From: a virus
Reading direction: 5' to 3' (one strand)
DNA: 64,000 nt
IMG/VR virus record: IMGVR_UViG_3300017917_002350
Location: 6,723 to 70,722 of that record
The position numbers and the translations under genes were made by a program. This document shows, piece after piece, positions 38,501 to 48,991 of this stretch (position 1 is the first letter of the stretch; each line of letters opens with the position of its first letter). The notes below the pieces were generated by a model. That model was not told the DNA's origin. It worked only from the letters and a program-made list of their open reading frames with translations, and did not search any database.

Positions 38501-39084
38501 AATTTAAATCAGACATTGACATTGACGTAGCTGATAGAGATCAGGCATTGGCCTGTGTAAAACACACAGCAGCATCTATCATGCGTGATGGAAAAGTTAC
38601 AAAACACAACACGGGTGTATATTTCACGTGTATCCCTGTAGACCCTGTTACAGGTCGTTCCAGTCTGAACTACGAAGAAGCTGAAGATCGTGGTTATATC
38701 AAAGTAGACGTTCTCAATGTGGGACTGTATCAACAGGTGCAAAGTGATCAACATCTGCAACAACTAATGGTGCAAGAACCCGAGTGGGACAAATTATATG
38801 ATCCAGAATTTTGTTCACAGTTGATACATATAGGCGCACATTATGATACACTTATTCGCATGCCCGAAGCAGTGAATAGTATACCAAGATTAGCAATGTT
38901 TTTGGCGGTTATCCGACCTGCCAAACGACACTTGATTGGTCAGACATGGCAAAAAGTAGCAGAGTCTGTTTGGCAAAAACCAACAGATGATAGCTACTAT
39001 TTTAAAAAAGCACATGCAGTGGGATACGCACATCTAGTAGCAGTAAACATGAATTTGCTTAGCCAAGCTTCCGAACAAGAGTAA
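38497..39084 (+). CDS. minimal DnaE (Pol III alpha)-like catalytic-core protein
   Basis: SDIDID, KHNTGVY, GYIKVDVLNV, AVIRP, YYFKKAHAVGYA. Confidence 0.75.
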   Translation: MKFKSDIDIDVADRDQALACVKHTAASIMRDGKVTKHNTGVYFTCIPVDPVTGRSSLNYEEAEDRGYIKVDVLNVGLYQQVQSDQHLQQLMVQEPEWDKLYDPEFCSQLIHIGAHYDTLIRMPEAVNSIPRLAMFLAVIRPAKRHLIGQTWQKVAESVWQKPTDDSYYFKKAHAVGYAHLVAVNMNLLSQASEQE

Positions 39085-39436
39085 TTGATCTTCTTTTGCT
39101 ACGTTTTGCAGCAATTTCTTTCAAGCTCACCTGTGGTCCAAACTTGATTTCCACATCCTTGCTGTTCATTGTTTTAACCACAGTCCTAAACGGTGTCCAT
39201 TCTGACTTCAAGAACACATTGATAGGAATCAACCTATTACTTTCCCACCACCACGTCTCTGCCAGCTCCAAAAACTGTTGTTTTTGTTCCAGTGTACGTA
39301 AAGCACCGTAGTCGTAAATGGTTGTAATCACTTCATCTAGGTTTTGTATCACACCAATGTATTCGTTGCCGCCATATACAAGGTAAGTTAGAAACGGGTA
39401 TTTTTTAAGTAACTGCTGGTAATTGGGTTCATCCAT
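39059..39436 (-). CDS. hypothetical protein
   Basis: YPFL..EYIGVIQN..WWWESNRLIPINVFL; lone minus-strand gene. Confidence 0.7.
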   Translation of the reverse strand: MDEPNYQQLLKKYPFLTYLVYGGNEYIGVIQNLDEVITTIYDYGALRTLEQKQQFLELAETWWWESNRLIPINVFLKSEWTPFRTVVKTMNSKDVEIKFGPQVSLKEIAAKRSKRRSITLVRKLG

Positions 39437-39456
39437 TTTTAAATAAATACAAGATA

Positions 39457-39951
39457 ATGCAAATTCTAGCTTATTTATATCCGAATACAGTCACGGTCCA
39501 ATTATGGGATCTCAGTATTTTCACACCAAGGAACAGAGTCGTGTACAGTCGCCCTATCAAAATTTACCAAGGTATTGACAACACCCTACAAGTTGTCACA
39601 TTAAACCAAGATCAAAAACCAATAGATCTAACTGGTTACAGTTTAGAAGCTGAAATTCAAGATCCATTAAATGAAATTACAGCATACAGTTATGCAGTAA
39701 CGTTCACAGATCAGGCCAAAGGACGCGGCACTTTTACTGTACAACAAGCAGATGTAAACAGTTTAGATCAAAGATTCTACAAACTGACACTGAAAGCAGT
39801 GGAAACAGCTACAGGCAATGAGCGTGTGATTTATGTGGATGCCAACTGGACTGCACCATTGGATCTAGAAGTGTTACCGGCTTATTACGCCGACACCAGC
39901 CCGGCGCCTAACTTGAATGAGGTCGTTATCGACAGTGGACTATTACCATGA
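39457..39951 (+). CDS. BppU-like/Ig-like virion structural protein
   Basis: TAAATA promoter; IYQGIDN..NQDQKPIDLTG; precedes the tail fibre gene. Confidence 0.55.
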   Translation: MQILAYLYPNTVTVQLWDLSIFTPRNRVVYSRPIKIYQGIDNTLQVVTLNQDQKPIDLTGYSLEAEIQDPLNEITAYSYAVTFTDQAKGRGTFTVQQADVNSLDQRFYKLTLKAVETATGNERVIYVDANWTAPLDLEVLPAYYADTSPAPNLNEVVIDSGLLP

Positions 39952-42900
39952 CAGCAAATGTAAATGTAACAAAACTATTATTCAAACGCGGTAACACTGT
40001 TCAAAATGCCAATTATACCGGTATCAATGGCGAAATCACTGTGGACACACAGGCCAAAACCTTACGCATACACGATGGTGTAACAGCAGGCGGTAATGTG
40101 ATCACAGCCGGTGGCGTAGTAGGTTCTTATAGTAACACCAATGCAGCAGCATACATTCCCACAGATCCTACTATAACAAGTTTACAAAGTAATGCAGCAA
40201 CACAAGCTGTGGCAATCAACACAGTGAATGCCAACATTGGGGCATTTCAAACCTACGCAAATATAACATTGAGTACAGTAGCAAATGCTGCTAGCCAAGA
40301 AACACAAATCAATCTTATAAATGCAAATGTTACGGCGGCCAATGCGATTATTAGCAATTTACAAAGCAATGCTGGTGCACAGGCAACCAGCATAAATTCT
40401 ATCAATGCCAATTTGGGATCATTCCAGACCTATGCCAACGCAACTTTTGGTACAAGCAATTATGGTAACACTAATGTAGCTGCCTACCTTGGAGCGTTTG
40501 ATGGTAACATTTTACCTAGCGCCAATGTGACATACAGCCTAGGCAGTGAAACCAGACAGTGGAAAGACCTGTGGGTCAGCAATAACACTATTTACATTGG
40601 TAATACACCTATTAGAGTAGATGGTACCACGCTTTTAATAAACGGCGCTCCTGTGTCGGGTGGCACATACAGCAATACCAATGTGGCAGCATATCTACTT
40701 GGTAATATAACTACAGGAAACATCAAGTCAGGAAATCTTGCTGCCACTGGTAACATTGTGACCAATGTTAGGCATTGGGATTCAGCTGGTGCTAATCTTT
40801 ATGTATGGTTTAATGCCGCAAGCACTCCAGAATTGGTAACCCTGGGTAATTTTGGCAATATCGCAGGGTGGACTGTGAGTGTGAGTGACGGAAACAGCGC
40901 CACAGTAACAGCTACCAATCCTGCAGGATATTTCAGTATCAGTACCGATGTAGGACTAACAGGTTCTGGCAACTTGACATTTACCAGTCCTGGCTATCAA
41001 GGTGAAACACCTGCCCCGATGACCATAAGTTCCGGGTCGAACACCTGGACATTTGGCACAGATGGTAATCTAACATTACCAGGCGGCGGCGCCATTGACG
41101 GCTCTGATTACGATGTTGATATCACGGCAGGCAACGATGGGGTCGGTACATTTGGTCATATCAGTTTCACAGCAAATGGTCCCAATGGACTCAATTCATT
41201 CACTTATAACTCTCTTGGAGAAATAACTGTTGTCACTGCGGGTGCCAACGATGGTCTCATCAAATGGGTAGGTAATTCGTCAGGAGATGGCAATGGTTAT
41301 ACAACCATGGTCATGGTACCTGACACCACAAGAGAAGGCACCGATCAGTATATTATTATTGACCCCACAGGTGGAGAGCCCGGACACATACATATCCGTG
41401 CTGGCGGCACACAGGATTCAAGTGCAGCCGACCTATATTTAGGTGGTGAATTGACCGCAGTGCGAGTCAGTGACACTTCGGGTATAGTAACTGTTAGGAC
41501 AACCAACATAGGTGATCCCAACATAACCATGGACTGGGCGTTCCAACCAGACGGTAATTTATACTTTCCTGGAATAGGAAACAATAGAATAGGTGAAAGC
41601 GAACCCGGGTTAGTTGTAACCAGTGACAATTCTGTAGTTTTACAATCTAATAATGGTGGTGTAAGCAACGAATGGACATTTGGCACTGATGGCAATCTCA
41701 CTGTGCCAGGCAACATAAACTACGCCAATGGCGTTAGCATACTAAGTGGCATAGGTGGTGCAGTAAATGGTAACATTGTAGTGGGTGACAGTCAAATACA
41801 GTTTGTGGCCAACAGCTCAGGTGATGGCTACGGACTCAGCACAATCCGTTTGGTTCCTTATACCCCGGGTTATGACAGTGCAATTATTATCATTGATCCC
41901 ACATATCCCAATCACATACACATGAGAGCCGGATTTGAACAGGACAATGCAGCGGCCAACTTGTTCCTGGGCGGCGAAGCCAGTCACTTCAATGTGGAAG
42001 AAGGTGCCAACCCAAATGTAAGTATAAGGTCCAACTACTACACATGGACATTTGCTACAGATGGTAACCTTACCATACCGGGCAATATAATCACCACTGG
42101 AAATTCTACCACAATCGGTACGGCCAATGCCAGTGTTGTTCTAAACAACAATTTGCAATCAGCCAGTTTGACAGTGCAGAAACACTACCAAGAATTTTAT
42201 TCAAACGGTGATTACAACACCAGCGGTGATGGGGCTGACATGTTCTTTGCTAATGTGGGCGGCCAAGGTCAGTTGAACATACAAATCATATCTAATCAAG
42301 GAGTTTACCTAAGAGGTCTTCTCAATAGAATCTATACAAGATTTACTGATGGTGATGCATCATTCTATTACAACTACAGCAATGTCCGCTTTGTCGTGAA
42401 TCCCAGTGTAGAAGCCATACAAGGCAATCTAGTAAGCATCACCAGAGATGCTGTTGATCCAGAAGAGTTTACTATAACACTAGATCAGTTACCTGTGCCT
42501 GATCCATTTACTGTATCCAACATAGACATCATATATGATTTTGTAAACACCATTGGCATGGATGCTTATGAGAATGCCTGGGGCATAGGATTAGATGATC
42601 AGAATCTCGTTTTTAGAACCGGTAGAGATATAACCCTATCGGCCACCGACGACATAGAAATCACTAGTGGTAGTAGTTTGCAATTGCGTTTGCACAAACG
42701 CGACGATCAATCTCCGGATAGTGGTGTACAGATATTCACCGTTGATGAGGGTACTGAAAAACCTTGGACCTTTAGCTTTGGTGGCGATTTATTCTTTCCG
42801 TCGGCTGGGGCAGAATTCAAAATTGGTACTATTGACAACAACCTGAGAATCAATACAGAAACCAATCTAAGAATCTACACAGACAGCCTGGGCGTAGGCC

Positions 42901-45494
42901 ACATGTTTGAGTTCCAAAATAACGGAAATCTAACCATACCGGGCAACATCAACTATGCCAATGGTGTTAGCATACTAAGCGGTTTGGGTGGTGGCGGTGT
43001 AACCAGCAACATCTTGGTAGACACCAGTGCCATACAGTTTGTGGCCAGCAGTTCAGGTGATGGCAATGGCTATTCTACCATAAGAATAATTCCAGATACC
43101 AATCTAGAAGGTACGGATCAATATCTCATCATCGACCCTACAGTAATAAACCACATACACATCCGTGCTGGTGGCACACAAGACAACAGCAGTGCCGACC
43201 TGTTCCTGGGCGGAGAGAATAGTCATGTTTTAATTACTGCAGGATCTAACCCGCCGGTGTATATCCGAGCCAACACAGCCAGCTGGATGTTTGGTGTAGA
43301 CAGCAGTTTAAGCATGCCAACTGGTGGCAATCTGTATTTTGACTCCAGTGCTACCAGTGTGATTGATGGCATGACCAGTATTAGATTTGCTGACACAACA
43401 ACTCAAACCACAGCATGGACTGGTACAGTAAATTTTGGTAATACCATTGCTATTGGTTACAACACCGGAACAGTTTCACAAGGCGGCGGAGCTGTAGCTG
43501 TTGGATCTACCGCAGGTAATGTCAGCCAAGGAGTAGGAGCAGTTGCAGTGGGCGAAGCTGCAGGTACATCAAGTCAAGGCACAGAAGGCATTGCTATTGG
43601 TAAAACAGCTGGCGAACAAAGCCAAGGTGCTTATTCAATAGCCATTGGGTCGGCCGCCGCATACTATCAACAAAGAACCGGTGCAATTGCAATTGGTACC
43701 AGTGCTGGCGCATTACAACAGGGCAATCATGCTATAGCAATTGGCACTGGTGCTGGCAGCGCCCTTCAAGGCAACAACAGCATCATCCTGAACGCCACTG
43801 GTTCTGCACTTGAACAAACCACTGCTAACACATTCACAGTCAAACCCATACGTAATGCATCTGGTAGTAATGTTCTGTATTATGACAGTACCACCGGCGA
43901 GATAACCTACGATACAGCAGGTGCTGGTAGCTATGGCAATACCGAAGTTGCGGCATACTTACCCACCTACACAGGCAATGTTGGAGCCGCAAGAGTGCAA
44001 GTCACAAATGCAGTAGACTTTATGTATGGTGGCTTCCCTTACATGGGATGGCAGTTGTCTGGTAGCGACACTCTCAAACTGCGTACCAACATTGCATCCG
44101 GTGACTATACCAATGATGCTGTTATAGTTGACAGACAGAGTCTTGCAGTCAACGTTGTTGCCACACTGTCGGCTGGTAACATTATTACAACCAGCGGCGT
44201 ATTCTGGTCAAACGGCACAGCTTACAGCACCGGCAGTGGCACATATGGTAATACGGAAGTGGCTGCCTACTTGCCAACCTACACAGGTAATATTGGTGCC
44301 GGTAATGTAAATGTCGCTAGCACAGTTTATGCAGCCAACATTGTTACATCAGGTACCAGTGGTAACATCTCGGGCGTGAATGTAATCAGTGCCAACACTT
44401 TTGTATTTGCAGCCAATGGTGTGAACATTCTTTCCGCAGCGGGTGGTGGCACATACGGTAACACAGAAGTTGCTGCCTACCTACTAACTTGGCCCAACAT
44501 TGATTCGAACATACTAGACGCTACTTCGGCCAATATTACTACTCTAAGAGCAGCCAACTTTAACAGTGCCAATGCAGTTATCAGCGGCGGGTACATCAGT
44601 GCATTGACCAACGCCAGCATAACTACCGCTACTATAACAACATTAAACAGCACTGGCGGCAATGTCACAACATTACGAGTAAACAATTTTGGCACTGCCA
44701 ACGCAGTAATTACTGGTGGATATATAAATTCACTGGCCAACTTGTCTGCTACTACTGCGGTGTTTACAAATTTTTCAACCGGCAATGCAGTTATAAATGG
44801 CGGGTACATCAGTTCATTGACCAACGCAAGTATAACAACATCTGTGGTCACAAACTTCAGTACTGCTAATGCAGTTATCACAGGAGGTTATGCATCAGGC
44901 TTAGCCAATGTAACAGCAACTGGCAATGTCACAGCCGGCAACTTGATTGGTTACGGTAGCAACACCAACATTGTTGCTGGTGCATACACAAGCACATTTG
45001 ACAATGTGGGTAATGTGATATTGCCCAATGCCTATGTGTCAGGTAATACCACTGTGATGGGCATTGCGCCTGGCTATGCACCAAACAGACCTGCTTTCCG
45101 TGTTTACGGCAGCGGGGTCAATACCACACAAACAACAGGTAATGTAAACTTGAGAAACGAAGTATTGACAGTGGACTACAATCAAGGGAATTATTATAAT
45201 AATACTACCGGTGTATTTACAGCACCAGTGGCCGGGTTGTACAATACTACACTTGTAGCTCGCGTTGCCAATAACAATGGTCTTAATCAAGTTGCCGTAT
45301 TGAGAAACGGTAACAATATTGGGGCAAATGTGGTTTGCTTCTGGGAAACAGACACCAACGCAGGTGTAGCCACACACTTTGGAACCAGTGGCACCATACT
45401 ATTAAATGCCGGAGAGTTCTTGAGTGCCAACATACTAGCAGGTAATATAAGTTTCGACGGTAACGATTCATGGACTGTGACATACCTAGGATAA
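39948..45494 (+). CDS. long tail fibre/receptor-binding protein (Mtd-like N-terminus, YadA-like repeats, C1q-like C-terminus)
   Basis: KRGNT..YTG..GEITVDT..LRIHDGVTAGG; AIAIG repeats; PAFRV..NQG..YNNTTGVFTAPVAGLY. Confidence 0.85.
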   Translation: MTANVNVTKLLFKRGNTVQNANYTGINGEITVDTQAKTLRIHDGVTAGGNVITAGGVVGSYSNTNAAAYIPTDPTITSLQSNAATQAVAINTVNANIGAFQTYANITLSTVANAASQETQINLINANVTAANAIISNLQSNAGAQATSINSINANLGSFQTYANATFGTSNYGNTNVAAYLGAFDGNILPSANVTYSLGSETRQWKDLWVSNNTIYIGNTPIRVDGTTLLINGAPVSGGTYSNTNVAAYLLGNITTGNIKSGNLAATGNIVTNVRHWDSAGANLYVWFNAASTPELVTLGNFGNIAGWTVSVSDGNSATVTATNPAGYFSISTDVGLTGSGNLTFTSPGYQGETPAPMTISSGSNTWTFGTDGNLTLPGGGAIDGSDYDVDITAGNDGVGTFGHISFTANGPNGLNSFTYNSLGEITVVTAGANDGLIKWVGNSSGDGNGYTTMVMVPDTTREGTDQYIIIDPTGGEPGHIHIRAGGTQDSSAADLYLGGELTAVRVSDTSGIVTVRTTNIGDPNITMDWAFQPDGNLYFPGIGNNRIGESEPGLVVTSDNSVVLQSNNGGVSNEWTFGTDGNLTVPGNINYANGVSILSGIGGAVNGNIVVGDSQIQFVANSSGDGYGLSTIRLVPYTPGYDSAIIIIDPTYPNHIHMRAGFEQDNAAANLFLGGEASHFNVEEGANPNVSIRSNYYTWTFATDGNLTIPGNIITTGNSTTIGTANASVVLNNNLQSASLTVQKHYQEFYSNGDYNTSGDGADMFFANVGGQGQLNIQIISNQGVYLRGLLNRIYTRFTDGDASFYYNYSNVRFVVNPSVEAIQGNLVSITRDAVDPEEFTITLDQLPVPDPFTVSNIDIIYDFVNTIGMDAYENAWGIGLDDQNLVFRTGRDITLSATDDIEITSGSSLQLRLHKRDDQSPDSGVQIFTVDEGTEKPWTFSFGGDLFFPSAGAEFKIGTIDNNLRINTETNLRIYTDSLGVGHMFEFQNNGNLTIPGNINYANGVSILSGLGGGGVTSNILVDTSAIQFVASSSGDGNGYSTIRIIPDTNLEGTDQYLIIDPTVINHIHIRAGGTQDNSSADLFLGGENSHVLITAGSNPPVYIRANTASWMFGVDSSLSMPTGGNLYFDSSATSVIDGMTSIRFADTTTQTTAWTGTVNFGNTIAIGYNTGTVSQGGGAVAVGSTAGNVSQGVGAVAVGEAAGTSSQGTEGIAIGKTAGEQSQGAYSIAIGSAAAYYQQRTGAIAIGTSAGALQQGNHAIAIGTGAGSALQGNNSIILNATGSALEQTTANTFTVKPIRNASGSNVLYYDSTTGEITYDTAGAGSYGNTEVAAYLPTYTGNVGAARVQVTNAVDFMYGGFPYMGWQLSGSDTLKLRTNIASGDYTNDAVIVDRQSLAVNVVATLSAGNIITTSGVFWSNGTAYSTGSGTYGNTEVAAYLPTYTGNIGAGNVNVASTVYAANIVTSGTSGNISGVNVISANTFVFAANGVNILSAAGGGTYGNTEVAAYLLTWPNIDSNILDATSANITTLRAANFNSANAVISGGYISALTNASITTATITTLNSTGGNVTTLRVNNFGTANAVITGGYINSLANLSATTAVFTNFSTGNAVINGGYISSLTNASITTSVVTNFSTANAVITGGYASGLANVTATGNVTAGNLIGYGSNTNIVAGAYTSTFDNVGNVILPNAYVSGNTTVMGIAPGYAPNRPAFRVYGSGVNTTQTTGNVNLRNEVLTVDYNQGNYYNNTTGVFTAPVAGLYNTTLVARVANNNGLNQVAVLRNGNNIGANVVCFWETDTNAGVATHFGTSGTILLNAGEFLSANILAGNISFDGNDSWTVTYLG

Positions 45495-45498
45495 GCAA

Positions 45499-46488
45499 AT
45501 GATCATATCTGGTGCTACAATATCTGGTATAGACATCTACGATGAAAAGCCATTGTATGAATTTGTCACTTGGACATTTACCAATGGCAACAGCTTGGGT
45601 CGTACTGGTCCTACTGTTAGCAATTTAAGAATTCTGTACAACACAACAGGAAATACCTGGATCAATAACAATGACTATTTCAATGCAGTAAATGGTGTAC
45701 AATATTGGACCGTGCCTAGAACAGGAACATATACTATCACTGCTCGTGGTGCTCAAGGTGCACCTGCCACTGCCACTGGCGGTGGTCGCGGCGCAGTTAT
45801 GCGAGGCGATTTTTCGCTAAGGCAAGGACAAAAATTACAAATACTTGTGGGACAAGAAGGTCGTCCGCCTACTACTGCGGCCAGTTATGGTAACTCCAGT
45901 GCAGGTGGTGGTGGCTCATTTGTGGTGTTAAACAGCGGTGCGGTCTCTACAGTGGCCAACGTTGATTTGTTGTTGGCAGCAGGTGGTGGCGGTGGTACTG
46001 GTAATGTAATGCTTTCTAACAGTTCAGCTAATGCCAGTATTGGTCTAACAGGTAGAGGGGCCTGGCTCAGTGTAGCAGGTGGCACAGTGGGCATGGGTGG
46101 ATCGTCGGGTAGTTCCACTGACAGTGGTGCTGGAGCTGGCTTCTGGGGTAACGGCGCAGGATCTACTGCGGGCGGTATAGCATACAGGTTTGGTGGTAAT
46201 GGCGGTGTAGTCAATGCTAGTTATTCGCCCGTTGGTGGTGGCTTTGGCGGTGGCGGTAGTGTGAACCAAGGATTATATGCTAGATACTCTGGTGGCGGCG
46301 GTTATTCCGGTGGCGCAGCTTCTAATAGCGTTTCTGGAATAGCACCAAATGCCCCGGCCAATAACTGGCCTTATTTCGGCGGCGGCGGCGGCAGTTACAA
46401 TATCGGCTCCAATCAGGTCAACCTGGGCAATGCATCAGGTAACTTTGGTAATGGTTCAGTTACAATAACTTTTTTAACGGCAGCATGA
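45499..46488 (+). CDS. glycine-rich domain protein (tail associated)
   Basis: WTVPRTGTYTITARGAQG, ILVGQEG, many GGGG runs. Confidence 0.7.
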   Translation: MIISGATISGIDIYDEKPLYEFVTWTFTNGNSLGRTGPTVSNLRILYNTTGNTWINNNDYFNAVNGVQYWTVPRTGTYTITARGAQGAPATATGGGRGAVMRGDFSLRQGQKLQILVGQEGRPPTTAASYGNSSAGGGGSFVVLNSGAVSTVANVDLLLAAGGGGGTGNVMLSNSSANASIGLTGRGAWLSVAGGTVGMGGSSGSSTDSGAGAGFWGNGAGSTAGGIAYRFGGNGGVVNASYSPVGGGFGGGGSVNQGLYARYSGGGGYSGGAASNSVSGIAPNAPANNWPYFGGGGGSYNIGSNQVNLGNASGNFGNGSVTITFLTAA

Positions 46489-46489
46489 C

Positions 46490-47215
46490 ATGGCTATAAC
46501 TATAGGCGGCGGGATACAAATTGGCGGCGGTATTGGTATAGATCTTACGCAGTCTATACCATTCGAAAATCCAACACAAAGCACAGGATCCGCAGTTTCT
46601 GTGGTAGCACAGAGTCCGTTTGCGGGCGGAGGCAACAGTTATCAATTCAGTAGTTCTACGAATAGTTGGATCAGCTTTCCTGCCAGCAATGACTGGGCAG
46701 TTGGCACAGGCGATTTTACTATAGAGTGGTTTGGTTATCAAACCAGTACCAGTCAATTCCAAAGAGTATTCAGTGTGGGTGATTTCCCCAATATTAAAAT
46801 TGGAGTCAGTATAGAATCTTCGACATTCTACTATTGGGCAAACAACAGTTTCCGATATAGTTCTAGCAGTAGCACAGTGGTCAACACTTGGTACCATTGG
46901 GCAGTGGTTAGACAGGGTGGTACTACCTATGTTTATAGAGATGGCACATTACGTGGAAGCAGTTTTGCAGATACAAATAACATAACAGAAAATGCAATTG
47001 ATTTGTATATTGGTAATACAAATACTCCTGCTACCAATGCAGCCTGGGTAGGATATATTACCAATTTCCGTTGGGTAAAAGGATTGGCAGTGTACACAGG
47101 CAACTTTACCAAACCCACATCTGCTTTGACAGCGACCGCTGCTGCTAATCCATATGGTGGTTCGAATACTGCTGCAATTGGATCGGGGTTTACAAAGTTA
47201 TTGTTAGTGCCCTGA
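46490..47215 (+). CDS. LamG/ConA-like lectin domain protein
   Basis: GTGDFTIEWF, NTWYHWAVVR, GYITNFRWVKG.AVYTGNF. Confidence 0.8.
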   Translation: MAITIGGGIQIGGGIGIDLTQSIPFENPTQSTGSAVSVVAQSPFAGGGNSYQFSSSTNSWISFPASNDWAVGTGDFTIEWFGYQTSTSQFQRVFSVGDFPNIKIGVSIESSTFYYWANNSFRYSSSSSTVVNTWYHWAVVRQGGTTYVYRDGTLRGSSFADTNNITENAIDLYIGNTNTPATNAAWVGYITNFRWVKGLAVYTGNFTKPTSALTATAAANPYGGSNTAAIGSGFTKLLLVP

Positions 47216-47240
47216 TAACTAATAATAACAAGGAAACATT

Positions 47241-47945
47241 TTGTTTTATATTATTGTCACTCTCGTACTTACACACATTACTATTGCCTGTGTGACTCTT
47301 TATCTACATCGCAGTCAAGCTCATAGAGCAGTCAAGTTCCATCCTGTAATTGAACATTTTATGAGATTTTGGCTATGGTTCACTACAGGCATGGTTACTC
47401 GACAATGGGTAGCAGTGCATAGAAAACATCACAGATTTTGCGAAGAATCTGAGGATCCACACAGCCCGGTACATTATGGTATCGGTCGTGTGTTGTTTCG
47501 GGGAGCTTTGTTATATCATGCGGCAAGTAAAGATCAAGCGATGGTTGATACTTACGGCCGTGGTACTCCTGATGATTGGATTGAGCGCCATGTATACACG
47601 CCTCACAGTAGACTTGGCATTGGCCTTTGCCTTGTGCTCAATGTCATCGTCTTTGGCTGGGTGGGCGCCATAATATGGTTGGTGCAAATGCTGTGGATAC
47701 CGTTCTGGGCAGCAGGAGTTATAAATGGCATAGGCCACTGGTGGGGCTACCGCAATGGTAGTACTCGAGATCAAAGCCGTAATATTGTGCCTTTTGGCAT
47801 CATTATAGGCGGTGAAGAGTTACATAACAATCATCACTTAGATCCAGCTAGTCCTCGACTAAGTTCACGGTGGTGGGAATTTGATATTGGTTGGTTTTAT
47901 ATTCGAGTATTACAATCATTAAAGTTGGCTAAACTCAAAGTTTAG
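47241..47945 (+). CDS. acyl-lipid/acyl-CoA delta-9 desaturase (DesA-like)
   Basis: HRSQAH, HRKHH, DPHSP, GEELHNNHH, WWEFDIGW. Confidence 0.9.
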   Translation: MFYIIVTLVLTHITIACVTLYLHRSQAHRAVKFHPVIEHFMRFWLWFTTGMVTRQWVAVHRKHHRFCEESEDPHSPVHYGIGRVLFRGALLYHAASKDQAMVDTYGRGTPDDWIERHVYTPHSRLGIGLCLVLNVIVFGWVGAIIWLVQMLWIPFWAAGVINGIGHWWGYRNGSTRDQSRNIVPFGIIIGGEELHNNHHLDPASPRLSSRWWEFDIGWFYIRVLQSLKLAKLKV

Positions 47946-47959
47946 TATATAATAACAGG

Positions 47960-48991
47960 ATGTTAGATTCTATTCAGCAACAGGTTTTGCAACTACTGCC
48001 TGCCCGTCGTAAAACGGGGCAGAATGGCTGGACATCATTTAATGCTCCCTGTTGCGTTCATAACGGTGAGACCGCAGATACTAGAGGCAGAGGTGGTGTA
48101 AAAACAAATGCAGGACAGATCTCGTTCCATTGCTTCAATTGTGGTTACAAAGCCAGCTTTATTCCTGGTAGACATCTAAGTTTTAAGTTTAGAAAACTGT
48201 TGGCATGGTTGGGTGCCGATGACTTAACTGTTCGTAGATTGGTAATTGACGCAGTTAGATTACGAGAATTGGTTGCACCCGAGGAATTAGCAAAAGTACC
48301 CGAAGAAGAAATTCAGTACGAAGCGAGATCGTTGCCCGAAGGTGCGGTGAGTTTTGATGAGTGGACAACCTATCTGGCCATGCAAGGAGATGATTATGTA
48401 GTACCAGATCGTGTGACAAGAGGGGTACACTATGTTAATAATAGACAAATAGATATAAACAAATACAAGTTCTTTTTGACAGACAATGAAGCATACAACT
48501 TACACCGAAGAATTATCGTACCATATTATTACAAAAATGAAATAGTAGGATACACAGCAAGAACATGGGAACCTGATGTCAAACCCAAGTATTGGTCAAG
48601 CCACCCAGCTGATTTTGTGTTCAATTTAGATAATCAAAAATCAGACAGTAAATTTGTCGTTGTATGTGAAGGACCATTTGATGCAATGAGCATTGATGGA
48701 GTTAGTGTCAGTGGTGCCGAAATATCAGATACTCAAGTAGATCAAATTGATAGATTACAACGAGAAGTTATCGTAGTTCCAGATACAGATCGTGCAGGCC
48801 GTAAATTAGTAGATCGTGCCATAGAAGCAGGTTGGACTGTAAGCTTTCCTGTATGGCAAGAGACTTGTAAAGACATCAATGATGCTGTTGTGAAATACGG
48901 TAAATTGTTTGTGCTCAAAAGCATATTGGCAGCAAAAGAAACTACGAGATTAAAAATTGAATTAAAGAAGAAAAAACTATATACAACATGA
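47960..48991 (+). CDS. DNA primase (Zn finger + TOPRIM)
   Basis: PCC..HCFNCG; PKY; VCEGPFDA; PDTDRAG; KDIND. Confidence 0.88.
   Translation: MLDSIQQQVLQLLPARRKTGQNGWTSFNAPCCVHNGETADTRGRGGVKTNAGQISFHCFNCGYKASFIPGRHLSFKFRKLLAWLGADDLTVRRLVIDAVRLRELVAPEELAKVPEEEIQYEARSLPEGAVSFDEWTTYLAMQGDDYVVPDRVTRGVHYVNNRQIDINKYKFFLTDNEAYNLHRRIIVPYYYKNEIVGYTARTWEPDVKPKYWSSHPADFVFNLDNQKSDSKFVVVCEGPFDAMSIDGVSVSGAEISDTQVDQIDRLQREVIVVPDTDRAGRKLVDRAIEAGWTVSFPVWQETCKDINDAVVKYGKLFVLKSILAAKETTRLKIELKKKKLYTT

Noticed and set aside
39948-45494. Diversity-generating retroelement target (Mtd-like N-terminus)
   Set aside because: No reverse transcriptase in the window and no TR/VR pair with adenine-specific mismatches; the repeats are in-frame protein repeats
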